From Chiloscyllium plagiosum (Eukaryota), in NCBI RefSeq assembly GCF_004010195.1, contig NC_057718.1:28806277-28842221 (forward strand): a stretch of DNA of 35,945 nucleotides. Reading direction: 5' to 3'. A program made the position numbers and the translations under genes. The notes under the pieces were generated by a model. It was given only the letters and a program-made list of their open reading frames with translations, was not told the origin of the DNA and ran no database searches. Of the stretch, positions 22,267-34,647 are shown piece by piece (the first letter of the stretch is position 1; every line of letters starts with the position of its first letter).

Positions 22267-22357
22267 CAGGAAGCAAGCTGGAATGCCATCAACTCCTGCT
22301 CCATATCCCCAATTATGAAGCTAAAAGCAATACTGTGATGATACCATGCATACAAAT

Positions 22358-22690
22358 TAGAAGCTTGAGAGGTGCCAAAAATTCTCCCATGCATTTGATA
22401 GTCTGATTTTGGCCATGAACCCCATTTCCTGCTGGCGCCGGTACACCTTGACTTCCTTGTTAAGAGTTTATCTACCTCTGCCTTAAAAACATTCCACAAC
22501 CATCATCCCCGCCCCCTCCACCAATCTCTGGTGAAGGGAGTTCCACAGATTCAGGACCCTCATTCTAAATGAGAAACTCGTTAATTTTTAACTCTGTTCT
22601 CTAGCTATACTTTCTCCCACAGGAAAAAGCATCTTTTCAGCAGCCATCTATCAAGTTCCCTTAAGATCACATTTTTTCAATAAGATCTGA
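22358..22690 (-). mobile_element. CR1 3' end fragment
   Basis: ORF 22266-22499 NVFKAEVDKLL; GGGAGTTCCACAGATT is antisense NLWNSL. Confidence 0.75.
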
Positions 22691-23144
22691 AAACTACTTG
22701 TGATTTACTACCAGGACATGCAAGTCCCTCTGTACCTCAAGAGTTCTGTGATCTGACTTTATTTATGTAACAAGTTCTCTCTCCCTAATCATGGCCTGCT
22801 GCAGCAGGTCCATTCTGAGGCTCTCTCAGAAAGTCTGCTACATCACTCAGCAGTGCCTATCTCTCCCAGTTGTGTTGTAAACTGGTCTGAGCTTCGGACT
22901 GTCTAATTTGGCCTCCTGGCTCAAGAACCTACCCACCTTACTTATTTGGAGGCAAATGCAGAGATTACCTCTTCATTGACTGCCTCTTGTCATGGTACTT
23001 ACAGCGTCAAAATTTTCCTCTTGTCATGATGACAAACAATTTCAAAGTTGGTAAGCTTCTGTGCTATAAGAGTGATAAATGCTCTGTAATCATTGTTATG
23101 CAAGTGCATTTCCAGGATGGTAGACCAGTGTTATGTAAAAATAT

Positions 23145-23335
23145 AAGAAATAGGATTGGAGCATGCATTTGGCCTCTCAAACATGTTACTCCATTCAATA
23201 AGATTGTGCCTGATTTGACTGTAGCCTTAACTCCACTTGCACACATAAGCTTTGACTGTCTAACTCAGCCTGGAATATGTTCAATGACACAGCCTCCGCT
23301 CCTATCTAAGGAAGAGCATTTTAATTCACAAATTC
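23145..23335 (-). mobile_element. CR1 3'UTR fragment, old
   Basis: ATAAGAAATAGGA...CATTTGGCCTCTCAA...CCATTCAATAAGAT...CTGAT is the antisense CR1 tail. Confidence 0.6.
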
Positions 23336-23689
23336 CATTTTACAACCAGACTAATAGACTCTTTAAGTAAGGAATCAACACATTGATTTGTAGTCACAGT
23401 GAAATTAAAAATGAGCCTTGCTTAAAACTAACCATTGGAAGAAGTTGTAGATAATGATTACATTGGTACTTACAGGAACAAAATAAATGGTTGGAAACCT
23501 CTTTACAGAAGACCGAAAATTCCCCTGGCTAGACTGTGAAAGAAAATCAACTTTAAGCCTGCAAGAAATGTATGGAATAATGAATAAATTGGACAATGTC
23601 ACACAGATAGCATTCAGATAGAGAATCCTGATGTCCAAAACACATTAGTGGAGGATAGATCATTTAGGAACATTAGCATAATTCTAACT

Positions 23690-24332
23690 GAGAGGCTGAA
23701 TAGGCTGGGGTTTTCTCACTAGAGTAGAGGGATGACCTTATAATGGTTCATAAAATCATCAATATAGTGAATAGCCAAGGTCTTTTTGCTAGGCTGGGTG
23801 ATTCCAAAACTAGATGGCATAGGTTTAAAGTGAGAGGGGAAAGATTTAAAAAGTACTGAGGGATAACCTTTTCATGCAGAAGGTAGTGCATGTATGGACC
23901 GAGCTGCCAGATGAAGTAGTAGAGGCAGATACAATTACAACATTTAAAAGGCATCTGGATGTATATGAATAACAAGGGTTTAGAGGGATATGGGCCAAAT
24001 GCTGGCAAATTTGACTAGAGACAAAAAAGCTGCAAATGCTGGAATCCAAGGTAGAAAACTGGAAGAATACAGCAAGCCAGGCAGCATCAGGAGGTGCAGA
24101 AGTCGACGTTTTGGGTGTAAGCCTTATTCAGGACTGCGGGTGGGCGTGGGTGGACCTGCAGATAAAGGGTGGGGGGTGGGTTGGGGCAAGGTGGTGAAGT
24201 GGGGATAGGTAAACTCAGGTAGAGGTACGACTTGGGGCCTGAATGGAGGTGAGGAACTAGGTCAGATTGGAATGTCTGGTTGGCACAAATGAGTTGGACC
24301 AAAGGGTCTGTATGACTCCACGACTCTATAAC
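23690..24332 (+). mobile_element. CR1 (HER1-like) 3' end interrupted by a Penelope-end insertion (CR1 parts 23690-24018 and 24261-24332)
   Basis: ERLNRLGFSH..TRWHRFKVRGERF..VVHVWTELPDEVVEADTITTFKRHLD; the tail resumes after the insert as GAGTTGGACCAAAGGGTCTG. Confidence 0.9.
24019..24255 (-). mobile_element. Penelope-like terminal-repeat fragment
   Basis: CTGCAAATGCTGGAATC...CAGCAAGCCAGGCAGCATCAGGAGG...GTCGACGTTTTGGGTGTAAGCCTTATTCAGG is colinear with 8450-8600; ACTAG duplicated at 24014-24018 and 24256-24260. Confidence 0.8.
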
Positions 24333-24522
24333 CTAAGAAAAAACTGACATTCAAATACATTTTTGAGCTTTTCATTAAAATAGTAAAGCCTACAGTTACA
24401 ACAATTGCAGTAATGGAGGAGAATAATAGAGATGGATGCAGTGACCTCTATTAAATTGTAACATCACATTATCAGAATTTGCTAGTGAACTAAGTTTATA
24501 ATTTGTATATTTTTCAGTGGAT

Positions 24523-24742
24523 TAAAGTAAAGTAGCTATAATCTTACCTTACCAGGCTGCTCTCTCATTAGAGAGAGACAAGTGGTGGTGGTTTAACCTG
24601 ACGGTTACCACACCTCAGCTGAGGGGAGAGGTTGAGACGGAGTTCATGATAACCTCAGCCGGTGTAAGAATTGATCACATGCTCATGGTGTCACTCTACC
24701 TCACAAACCAGCCATCCTGCCAATTGAGCTAACTGACCACCC
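24523..24742 (-). mobile_element. tRNA-derived SINE, full length
   Basis: Antisense head GGTCAGTTAGCTCAATTGGCAGG; tail CTCTCTCTAATGAGAGAGCAGCC...TATAGCTACTTTAC. Confidence 0.8.
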
Positions 24743-24770
24743 TCTTTTCAGGGGATTACAGTGATTATTG

Positions 24771-24933
24771 CAATTCCCTCCTTAATGGCATTGTGGATCA
24801 ACCCACAGCACGGGGACTTGCAGAAGTTCAAGAAGGCAGCTCACCACCACCTTTGCAAGGGCAACTAGGGATGGGCAATAAATTCTGACCCAGCCGACAA
24901 TGGCCACATTGCTCCAAATGAATAAATTCAAAA
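24771..24933 (+). mobile_element. 3' end of a CR1/L2-group LINE (probable partner of the SINE at 728)
   Basis: Translates NSLLNGIVDQPTARGL/QKFKKAAHHHLCKGN* (WNSLP...FK-type C-terminus), then GGATGGGCAATAAA...AATGAATAAA. Confidence 0.75.
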
Positions 24934-27589
24934 ATACACAATGATTGTTGCAAGTGAAATCATAGCCTGGAAAGTATGGTTGATGACATTAACCCTTTGT
25001 TACTCACAGATCGATTCAGAAACAACATGCAAAATCAAAACTCAAAAGGTCAAATTGGACTGGTCACCTATAGTTTTTATAATAAAGCTAGTTGTAGAAA
25101 GAAGATAATCTGATGTTGTTGAAACACTGGGAGTGATTTTCAAGTAGCAACCAAAATGGTGTAATGTCAATGGAATAACTGTTTTGCTCAATTTTAACAG
25201 TGTGAGACCTGAGGCATTTTTAGGCTGTGACATTATTAACATGTCACTGTTGAAATGCAGGTGCCCGACTACAGCTTATTGGTTCTGAGGGTGGGAAATC
25301 TCTTTGCATTTAAGGACTGCTGGAGGGGATGGAGTTGTGATGTGGGGGCTCTGAGCATCCAGGGTGGATTCCAATGGGCCATGCAGCACTTGCTCAAAAC
25401 CTGGCCATTTTTTAAAAGCAGTTTGCAACAGTCCTGTCAAAGGGTTGCTGATTAGGCCCATCAATGCCTGGTAAGACCAGGGGGTCAGGGTCCATAATAA
25501 GGGCCCATTTTTGCCTGAAACTTGCAAAAGGGGTCTTACAATTGTACACAACCCTGATTCAGATATTTACGTAGTCTCCCATCTGCACCATCTATTTACA
25601 GGTCAATATTAAAAATCATACCAGGTGAGTCAGTGCCATTAATGGGGTGGCACAGGCTCTATTTTCCATTCCTCACTGCCTAGTTTACAGGGAAGAGGCA
25701 GCAGCTGACAGTCAGAAATAAGCGTGAAGCACAAGCACCACGGAAATATTAGAAGTAATATAATAGTTGGACATATTTTAATAGATCTTAATATTTATAT
25801 GATTAGACAAACTCAAACTCAGGTAAGGTAATTTAAATAGGGAAACATTGACAGGGAGAATAGCAGTGACTCTTCATTCTTGATATCATACTACAAAACG
25901 ATCATACATATGTGGAATATGCAGAGACATTTGTATGCAAGATTTGCCAAACCTCTCATAAACTTCATGGCACCTCTCTGATACACCCACAGGATGCCGA
26001 AGATGCACAGAGCTGCATTGCAGAGTACATCAGCAAATAGCACTGAAAGGTTGCTGCAAGGATACTTAATGCATAGGAACAGACACCCAGCTCATGGATT
26101 GGACCTGATGGCATCTCAGGACTGCTTGTTTGCTCTCTTAGCAATTGCACATTCAGAGCCAAACAACATGATATCCTTGGCATGCCAATTAGTGCAGTCA
26201 CATAATCAGATGGCTTGTCTTGCTGCTCAGCAATCCTCAGTCAAGGTGGATTACATATTGCTGTATGGCACAGTCTTAAATCAGTCTCACACTGGCACCA
26301 AGTATCATCAACTTACATGGAAGACACACTACATGTGAAGCATAGTCAGTGCCAGGAGAGGTCCATCATGAAACAAAGAGCTGGCCATGAATAAACATAT
26401 ATTATGACTAATGGGTATACACATCTTCTGTCATCAATCATATTTGAATAGCAATTCTAAAAATGGTGGTCCTGGAAGAATAACTGTGGTGGTCTTGGAA
26501 AAAAAGTCCCATCAGAATTTGTTAAAGATGAAAAGGTAGCTTTAGACAGGATTGCTACTTGTGTGATCAAGGAAGGGTGTAGTGAGCTGAATCAAATATA
26601 ACCAAATTCTAAGGTAAAAGTGTAATGGAACTCAGAATATGCTAGATTAAAATGAATTATGAACCAATTAAAATCAGGTCACTTCTTACTGTTTTGTGTA
26701 AATGTGCTACCTGGGCTATCGCCCTCACGCTTACTTCAATGGTGACTTTTCAAACGCAGGTGTTCTTGTACTGTAAGATGCTGCGTCCTAGAAAAAGTCA
26801 TTGATAAAATAAATCTTTATAAATTTGTGACACATTTCGTATCATAGCATTTCTTATTAACATCTCTTGTCTATATGTTAGCTATTGCTTATCTTTCATA
26901 TGCACAGCATTTGCATCACATTCTGCCTGTGAAATTTTGAACAACACAGTCTATAATGTTTTTGTTTCATTCTTAATTGTAGGCAAATTTATTTTAACCC
27001 AAGCAAATTTACGAGCTAAATTTTATTCTTTCCACATGACTGACTCTTAATACAACTCTGCCTTTTGTTTCTCCTGGGCTTCAGCTGATGAAAATAAATT
27101 TTTAAAAATCATATTGGTTCAAGCCAGGTGCTAATGTAGGAAAGTTTAAACTTTTAAAACAGAGCTACTTCCAGCTGGATTAATTTACAGCCTGCTCTCT
27201 TACAGATGCAAAGCAATCTTGACATGCTGCTCAGCTTCCTCTTAGCAAGAATGTACAAGGCCTAATGCCACCACTTAAAATCAATTAATGCTAATCAAAC
27301 GACATTGGGTTCTTCAACCTGACTTGTAAGTGAACATAACATTCAGAATGCAGAACAATTACACTTCTGGGCCTAAAGGAAATAACACTTAAATTCTAGT
27401 CTACATGGTGCAATGTTCCCATTTTCATGAAATTGTGCAACTTCTGAACTTTATTGAAAGAGACCACACAAGATTCATTCATAATACATTAAATCATCAT
27501 ATTTTCTATGTTACTCTTCATATTAAATCCTGGCAGTTTTTAATATATACATTTTTTTGTCATCTCATTATTAAATCATTTGATCTTTG

Positions 27590-28225
27590 CAGAAGTAGGT
27601 TTTTTGGCCTATCACGCTAATGCTGGCTGTCCTAAGGAGCAATTCAACCTAATGCCAATCCCTTAATTTTTCACCAGAGGTCTACAAATTCTTCCTTTCC
27701 ACATAATTCTTTCAATTCCCAAGCCTCAATTGACCATACCTCCATATTTCATGCAGTACATTCCGGATCCTAACGGCTCACTGTGTGAAATTGCTGCCTT
27801 TGTTTCATTTCCAAATATCTTAACTCTGTCCCTCCAATTCTCAATCTTTCAATCAATGGAAACAGTTTCTCTTTCTACTTGCTGTGTATAGATCCCTCAT
27901 TATTTTGTATGTTTTTATCAAATCTAATTTTATACCTCTCTTCTCGGGGAAAACAGTCCCAGCTTCTTCAATTTGTTATTAAAAATGAAGGTCTTCATTT
28001 CTGGAACCATTCATGTGAAACATTTTTGCACGATCTCCACATCTTTCCAAAATAATGGTCCCAGAACTGGATGCTATATTTTAATTGAGGCCAGAAAAGC
28101 ATTCTTAATTACTTTAATATAATTTGCTTGTTTTTGCCCCAATTGAAAAAGCCCAGAATGCTGTATTATTTAATAACTGTTGCTTTACCCTGTACTGCAA
28201 CTTTCAATGACTTATGTACACATAT
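27590..28225 (-). mobile_element. Decayed CR1 ORF2 3' fragment
   Basis: GGTCCCAGAACTGGATGCTATATT is antisense YSIQFWDH (LEYCVQFWSP-like); aligns with 1570-1912. Confidence 0.75.
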
Positions 28226-28306
28226 GATCGGGCAAGCAAAGCATTTTCATAAAGTATTTTGAATAAGCTTATTGGTTTGTCAGCTTCTTTTTAGGAAATG
28301 TACATA

Positions 28307-28523
28307 CAGTCAGTTCTTCCAGAACACGATGGTTGCGATCTTGTATAACCCCACGCTGTACAAAAGTCATGCTATACAAATAACACTTATGTTGGCTATC
28401 TAATTGCGTTATAGCCAACACACTCTTTAAAAGTTTGCACTTTAGGAACAGCATTCCCCATTCACCCAAACATGTTACAGCTAATTCGCGTTAACGAAAG
28501 ACATGTTATAGCAGAATTGACTG
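28307..28523. mobile_element. Tc1/mariner-pogo (Tigger-like) MITE, 217 bp
   Basis: TA dinucleotides at 28305-28306 and 28524-28525; imperfect TIRs CAGTCAGTTCTTCCAGAACACG versus CAGTCAATTCTGCTATAACATG (reverse complement of the right end). Confidence 0.85.
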
Positions 28524-28659
28524 TACAGGCAAATCATATTTAATAAAATTGAATCACAACTAATGAACCAAAATCACAATATGAATATCAGCCACTCAGC
28601 TTTTACTGATCTGGAAAAAAATTGCCCAAAAGCAAATCCCCCACTCGAAATTTAGATTG

Positions 28660-28995
28660 AGGTTTTCAATGAGGTAATAGACAAGCATTGATCAAAGTAA
28701 TGTTATTGATGTAGTGTGCCATTTCAAGAGGAAATAGGGATGGGCAATAAGCCCACATCCCTTGAATGAATAAAAACATTTCCAAAAGCACTACAACAGA
28801 CTTGTGAGCAAAATTAGAACTCATGGAATAAAAGGATCATTGGCAACATGGCTATGAAAATGACTGAATGACAGGAAACAATGATAGTGGCCTGTTTTAC
28901 TGGAGAAGGTTGACAGTGGTATGATAGAATGTGTTATGACTATTATTATTCCAGATATATATGAATAATCTAGACAAGGCACAGTTTCAAAACTT
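28660..28995 (+). mobile_element. Old CR1 RT fragment carrying a ~55-bp LINE/SINE-tail insert (28724-28776)
   Basis: IEVFNEVID..VIDVV / RLVSKIRTHGIKG..W..WLNDRKQ-like / IYMNNLD motifs of CR1 RT. Confidence 0.65.
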
Positions 28996-29273
28996 GCTCT
29001 CCTCTGAAAATTCCCCTTCAGAAAAGTTGCTAATGTGTTGATCGACCCATATTCTCATGAAGATGTAGCCAAAAGAGCAATAAATATCTTCAAGATTCCT
29101 TTTCCAAATACACAAAAATATACTCTAACATCAGTATCATCTAGCCACTTTTCTGAAAACCCTAGCAACTACCCTTAGTTTAGCCTTGTAAGTCCTGTCT
29201 TCAAGATCTTTTTCAGGAGAAGTCCATCGATAGTATGTGACATGGCTGGTTAACCCTTGGCTGGTACTTACTT

Positions 29274-29440
29274 GGGATGGCACAGTAGCTCAGTGGTTAG
29301 TGCTGCTACGTCAGAGCACCAGGAACCCAGGTTCGATCCCAGCCTCAGGTGGCTGTCTGGAGTTTGTACATTCTCCTCATGTCTGCATGGGTTTCCTCTG
29401 GTGCTCTGCTTCCCTCCTACAGTCCAAAGATGTGCAGATG
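29274..29440 (+). mobile_element. HE1-type SINE, 3'-truncated
   Basis: GGCACAGTAGCTCAGTGGTTAG...GGTTCGATCCC...GGAGTTTG...GGGTTTCCTCTGGTGCTC...CAGTCCAAAGATGTGCAG. Confidence 0.9.
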
Positions 29441-31419
29441 TCCTAGCCTGAATTGATCCTATATATTCAGTAACACAGGTTACCAGAAAAGGATAGGCAC
29501 ATCTGGAGTTCAGAAATGTTGCAATGCAAGTGAAAATGCAGTTCACTTATTTAGATGTCATGATGATACATTCATATATGTCAGGGGCATTTTTCAACTC
29601 CACCTGCAGATTTATTTATTGAAGATAGAACTTCAACATATACCAAATTATATCCAGTCTTCTTATTTTGCACTTTTACACCTTCTGCAACTAGTAGGTC
29701 TAGAATTAATTTTGTCTGTTACATTTTGACCATCTAATTTGCATTTAATGTGGTTTGAAACTCATCTTCATTAAATAATAATGAGTTACGGATAAATTGG
29801 CAAAGAGAGTACCAATCAGCAAGAGGAAACAGGAATAACAGCAACTTAGCAGACAAGTTTAAAAAAAACCTACAAATTAAAAATGAGCAGCAGCCAACAG
29901 TTATCAACATAAAAAGGCAAACCAATCAAGTCATTCACTTATGTCTTGGATCTGTACTTCTGACCAAGAACAGACATTTTGTAGTTTACCAAAGCTGTAA
30001 CAACAGATTTAGAACAAGTTTATTGAACTTACTTATATAAGTCACTCTGCACCAGTGATCATTGGAGTTGATCATAAGTTAGTCACCCATGTTATTGAGT
30101 TGGTTTCAGCTATTGCCTGGGAGAGACAGCTTCCCCTTTTTCCTTCTCAAACTTTTGCTCATGCTGCCAGTGCCACTAATGACAGAAATCATTCTGTTTT
30201 CCCTGATCAAAGTCATGGTATAGCCTACTTAATGCTATTTGCAAACACAACTGATCTGAATGAAGCAAGCAAGCACTCTACCAAGCCGGAAGGAATAAAT
30301 TGGTTCATATCTTTTGCCTCCAGAATTTATTTGTGTTATTAATTCTTCCATACCTAATTTGCCAGTTTGAAATATAACAATAGAGTTCAATCCATTCACA
30401 GCATTTTCTGTTTCTCTTTGACAATTTTCCATAAATGTACTTTGAGTTGCAGAAAGAGTATATTTGGGGTAATGTCAGAGTCTGGTTCAAAAACATTCAC
30501 AGGAACTAAATTAGATCCTCAGTTAGGCAGATTTTTAAGATTAAACAGAACAAGTACCTGTACCTTACATTGCTGCAAGGTTTTCATTTTAGGTAACTGA
30601 ACAAAATAGTTTTTGCTTTAATTAAAAATATAAACCAATTCCACCTTATGTCAGCAATGTGGAGCTAGAACTGCTAGCTTCTGTTCCAAACATGCATGTT
30701 TAAGTTTGTTAAAATTACATTCCAAGATATCAGCCAAAATCAAGATGGTATTTTGTCCTAGTCACGATGCCAGTAAAGGGTTTCCCGGCACAGCAGTCCA
30801 CTGCTGCTCTCCACCCAGGGGTGACTAAATTTGACAGATGGACAATGCAACTTAACACATGGCCTACAAGTCCACTGCGGGGCATCTGGCAATGTATTCA
30901 GACTGTAAAGAGGAACTCAGGTGACTTCGGAAATGGGTCAGCATCTTGCTCCCTCTCTCTAAGCAATATGCATAATTTGCCCAAACTACAGTGCTATGAG
31001 GAATGAACCTGGTCAAGCCATTCACTTTGTTGTAATGCTTGTGTGTTTCAAACTAATTTGGACAAAACGTAGTTGACTCATATTGGTGAGTAATAACTTG
31101 GAATTTAATTATTCACTTCACTATAAATTAGATTAATTTAATGAAAAAGGCTAATTTCCCCACCCCAGTATTGGGTTGCAAGGTGCAACCAATAAAAGCT
31201 GTATATAGCCAAGTTGAGCTGAAATTAATTTTAGTACAGTATTTAAAATGGCTGAGGTCTAACGTCTATGTGTCTGAAAAGATCTTGCACTGATGAACTA
31301 GGGAAGAATGCAGCATGAGCAAGGATTTGGGCAAAATAAAGGCCTAACTCATACCAAAATAATCCCCACCCATCACCAGGCTCCTTCGCCTGTCTGAGTT
31401 TGTTCTCACCTCATTCCAT

Positions 31420-32645
31420 TTTCAACTACATCGCCTCACATCCTCCCTCCTGCAAGGAGTCCATTCCATTCTGCCACTTTCTCTGTCTCTATCACTTCTG
31501 TTCTGATGATGTTAATGGGCTACCTCCAACATCCCTCCTTTTTCCTCAGCCAAGGAACAGCTCCCCTTCCCATTGTGGCTGACAGGGCCTTCAACTGTAT
31601 CTGACTCATTTCCCGTACCTCTGCCCAGTCCTCTTTCCTATATGATAGTGTTCCCCCTGTCCTTACTTTCCATCTCACTAATCTCTGCATTCAAAGTATC
31701 ATAGAATCATAGAATCCATTCAGTTCATCAAGTCCACACTGACCCTTCAAAGAGCATCCCACCCAGACCTACCTTCCCTCTTCCTGTAACCCTGCATTTC
31801 CCACCTAGCCTGCGCATCCCTGGATGCTATGGGCAATTTATCACAGCCAATCCACCTAACCTGCACATCTTCGGACAAGGGGAGAATGTGCAAACTCCAC
31901 GCAGACATCCTCCTGAAGAATCAAACCCGGATGCCTGGTACTGTGAGGCAGCAGTGCTAACCAGTGAGCCACCATGTCAATCATGCTTTGGTAATTCTGC
32001 TACCTCCAGCAGAATGCCACCACCAAAGAAACCTTTCCCTCCCTACCACTGTCAGCATTCCACAAAGGGACAGTTCTATCCATGACATTCTGATCCACAC
32101 CTCCATCACTGCTGACAATTCGCCGCCCCCATGTGAGACCTTCCCACGCAATCACAGAGGCTGTAACACTTGCCCATTCACTGTCCACGGCACCAATATA
32201 CCTTCCAGGTGAAGCCGTTTTTTATTTGCTTCAATTGAGTCTGCTGTACGTCTTCCTCACAAAGTGGTCTCCTTTACATGCAGACTGAGTGACCATTTGA
32301 GCAACACCTGTCGTAGGAATGACACCGACCTTCTAATTGCTTGCCATTTCAATAAACCACCTTCCTCTCACAATAACATTTCTATCTTGACCTACTGCAA
32401 TGTTCCATCAAAGCATAACACAATCTCAAAGAACTGCTGCTCAGGCACTTTACAGTCTGTAGGAGTCAATATTGAATTGCATAACTCCAAAAACTGACTG
32501 TACAATGTCAAAATTATTTAAAAACAATTCCCAACATCCTGCAGTTCTGAAGAAGACTCATACAGGACTTAAAATATGAACTTTCTCTCTCTCTCCACAG
32601 ATACTACTAGACCTGTTGAGTTTCGCCTGCATTCTCTGTTTCTTT
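31420..32645 (+). mobile_element. Decayed Penelope-like element (RT thumb, linker, GIY-YIG, terminal repeat), interrupted by an HE1
   Basis: NYIASHPPSCKESIPFCHFLCLYHFCSDD (PLE RT C-terminus); TFPRNHRGCNTCPFT (Cys-rich linker); RLSDHLSNT..LLIACHFN (GIY-YIG C-part); terminal CTGAAGAAG...CTCTCCACAGATACT..AGACCTGTTGAG. Confidence 0.85.
31698..31977 (-). mobile_element. HE1-type SINE nested in the Penelope element
   Basis: ATCATAGAATCATAGAATCC tail; TGCAAACTCCAC; CTGTGAGGCAGCAGTGCTAACCAGTGAGCCACC head. Confidence 0.9.
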
Positions 32646-32689
32646 GTAATAGAAATAACAATATCAATTTCAGGTGGACAGGCTATAAA

Positions 32690-33585
32690 TAGCAGCGCAC
32701 CAAAGTATCAGTATTTGTGTCTCAGCTATTTACAAGCTCTATAAATGACTTAAATGATATACTGAATATAATGGTGACACAAAGTTAGGTATCAATGTTA
32801 GGAAAAATAAGTTGCAAGGAGGATGCAAAGAAATGACAAAGGAATACAGACAGGTAAGTCAAGATCATGGCAAATAGAATATAACATGATAAATGTGAAG
32901 TTTTCCATTTTGGAAGGCGAAACAGCAAAGTAGAAAGGTTTGTAAATGATAAGAGACTAGGATATATTAGTATTCTGAGGAATTTGTGTCCTTGAAATCC
33001 ATAAAATTGGCACTCAAGTATGCACACAATTAGGAAAGCAAATGGTATGTTCAACGTCATTACAATGGGCTAGGAGTTCATGAGCAAAGAAAGAAGTCTT
33101 TTTGGAACAATATAACATTTTGGTGAAACCATACTTGGAGTACTATAAATGGTTACTTCTCAAGTTTTAAGGCAATCTTGGAAAGGCACAACAAAAAATC
33201 TTTAGATTGTGACTAAAGTATTGTCATATGAGCTAAGCATGAGTAAACTAAGCCTATACTCCTTTGAATTTAGAATAATAAGAGGTGATCTCATTGAAGT
33301 GAACAAAAATTTCAAGGAGCTGAGAGGATATCTATCCTGACGAGCGTATATGACTAGGAGTCAAAGTCTCAGAACAGAAGGTTAGTTCTTTGGGATTGAG
33401 GTGAGACAATATTTCTTCATACAGTGCAGTGCATCTTTGGAATGCTCCAAACCAGAGAGCTGTGGATATTTCAGCATTCAATAAATTCAACGCAAGGTAT
33501 AAAAGTGGATGAAGATGGGCAGAAATTTGGGATTGAGGTAAAAGATCAGCAATGATTGTAATTAGTAGTCTAATATAGTTACTAT
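32690..33585 (+). mobile_element. Decayed CR1 ORF2 (RT end to 3'UTR)
   Basis: QLFTSSINDL..GDTKL, WQIEYNMINVKF.HFGR, IRKANGM, LVKPYLEY, LYSFEFRIIRGDLIEV.K, HLWNAP motifs. Confidence 0.85.
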
Positions 33586-33594
33586 TTCTTATCT

Positions 33595-33925
33595 TCTTTC
33601 CTCTTTCCAGAAGCTCCTTAAAACCTACATCTTTGACAAAGCTATTGTTCATCTGATACTCTGTAGCTCAATATAAAATTGGTCCCATAAATTGCCTTGG
33701 AACATTTCATTACATTAAAGACTTTATAGGAATGCAAGTTGTTGTTCCCCTCTGGGATTCTCGCTATAAACCTCACCAACCTTGTTTCTTCTTTAAGCAT
33801 GCATCACCTACCCTAATATCACCTCATAAAGCTCAATAGTGAAGTTGGTTTAAGAATTTTCTTGTGAAGTCCTTGGAATATTTTACTGTGGGAGAAGTAC
33901 CATATAAATACAAAAACTTGTTTTG
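33595..33925 (+). mobile_element. Two tandem L2-type 3' tails (33595-33746 and ~33790-33925)
   Basis: CTCCTTAAACCTACATCTTTGACAAAGCT...CCTTGGAACATTTCATTACATTAAAG...ATGCAAGTTGTTGTT, then TGTGAAGTCCTTGGAATATTTTACT...CATATAAATACAA. Confidence 0.6.
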
Positions 33926-34647
33926 AAAGAGTCAACAAGTGACCAACCAAAGGCTTTAGAAATTTCTAGCTGCTGCTGAAGTGTATTAGCCATAAATCCA
34001 TAAATCACAAGAATCTAATGAAGAATTTGTAATCACCACATCACATCCAGAATATGCACTCAATTGTGAATAAAGCCATAGCCATCCATGACAATATTGA
34101 ACATGATCATTTTAATATCATGACATTGATGGAGGAGTTGTTGATACCAAAACTCTTAAGAAACATCTCTGTTTGGTTAAGTTTTCTACAAATGACCCCT
34201 CATTCCATTACAGCAGTGATTTAGCCTTTATCTTAAAGTCACACCTTAGTCTCACTATTCTGACAGCAACTCCTCTATCCCCATTTATGCATCTTATTAA
34301 AATCCTCTTTAACATTGATCCAATGATCATTTAACTTAATGCAGAATTGCATCCATGGCTTCGAGTTTGACTTCTAGCATTAACTACCATAATTATCTGA
34401 TCCCACTGCCTTCACAATGTCTGCCGGGAGGGCCTCCTACCTCTCTGTGGATAGATGACATCTCAGTTCCTCTCCACCAACTCAGCAAGGCCTCCAATTT
34501 AGCATTGGAAAATCCTGAGGTGCCTCTCTACCATGTTATGTTATTTTTGTCTTTCCCTTAAAGTCAAGGTTATTTTCAGATAGATACCAGCACCTGCTTC
34601 TGCCAAAATGCTCCAACAGGCAGACAATAGTTTTCAATATTAATTAT

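Noticed and set aside
22987..23370. 127-aa ORF
   Set aside because: Non-ATG start, runs antisense through a CR1 3'UTR, no recognisable domain
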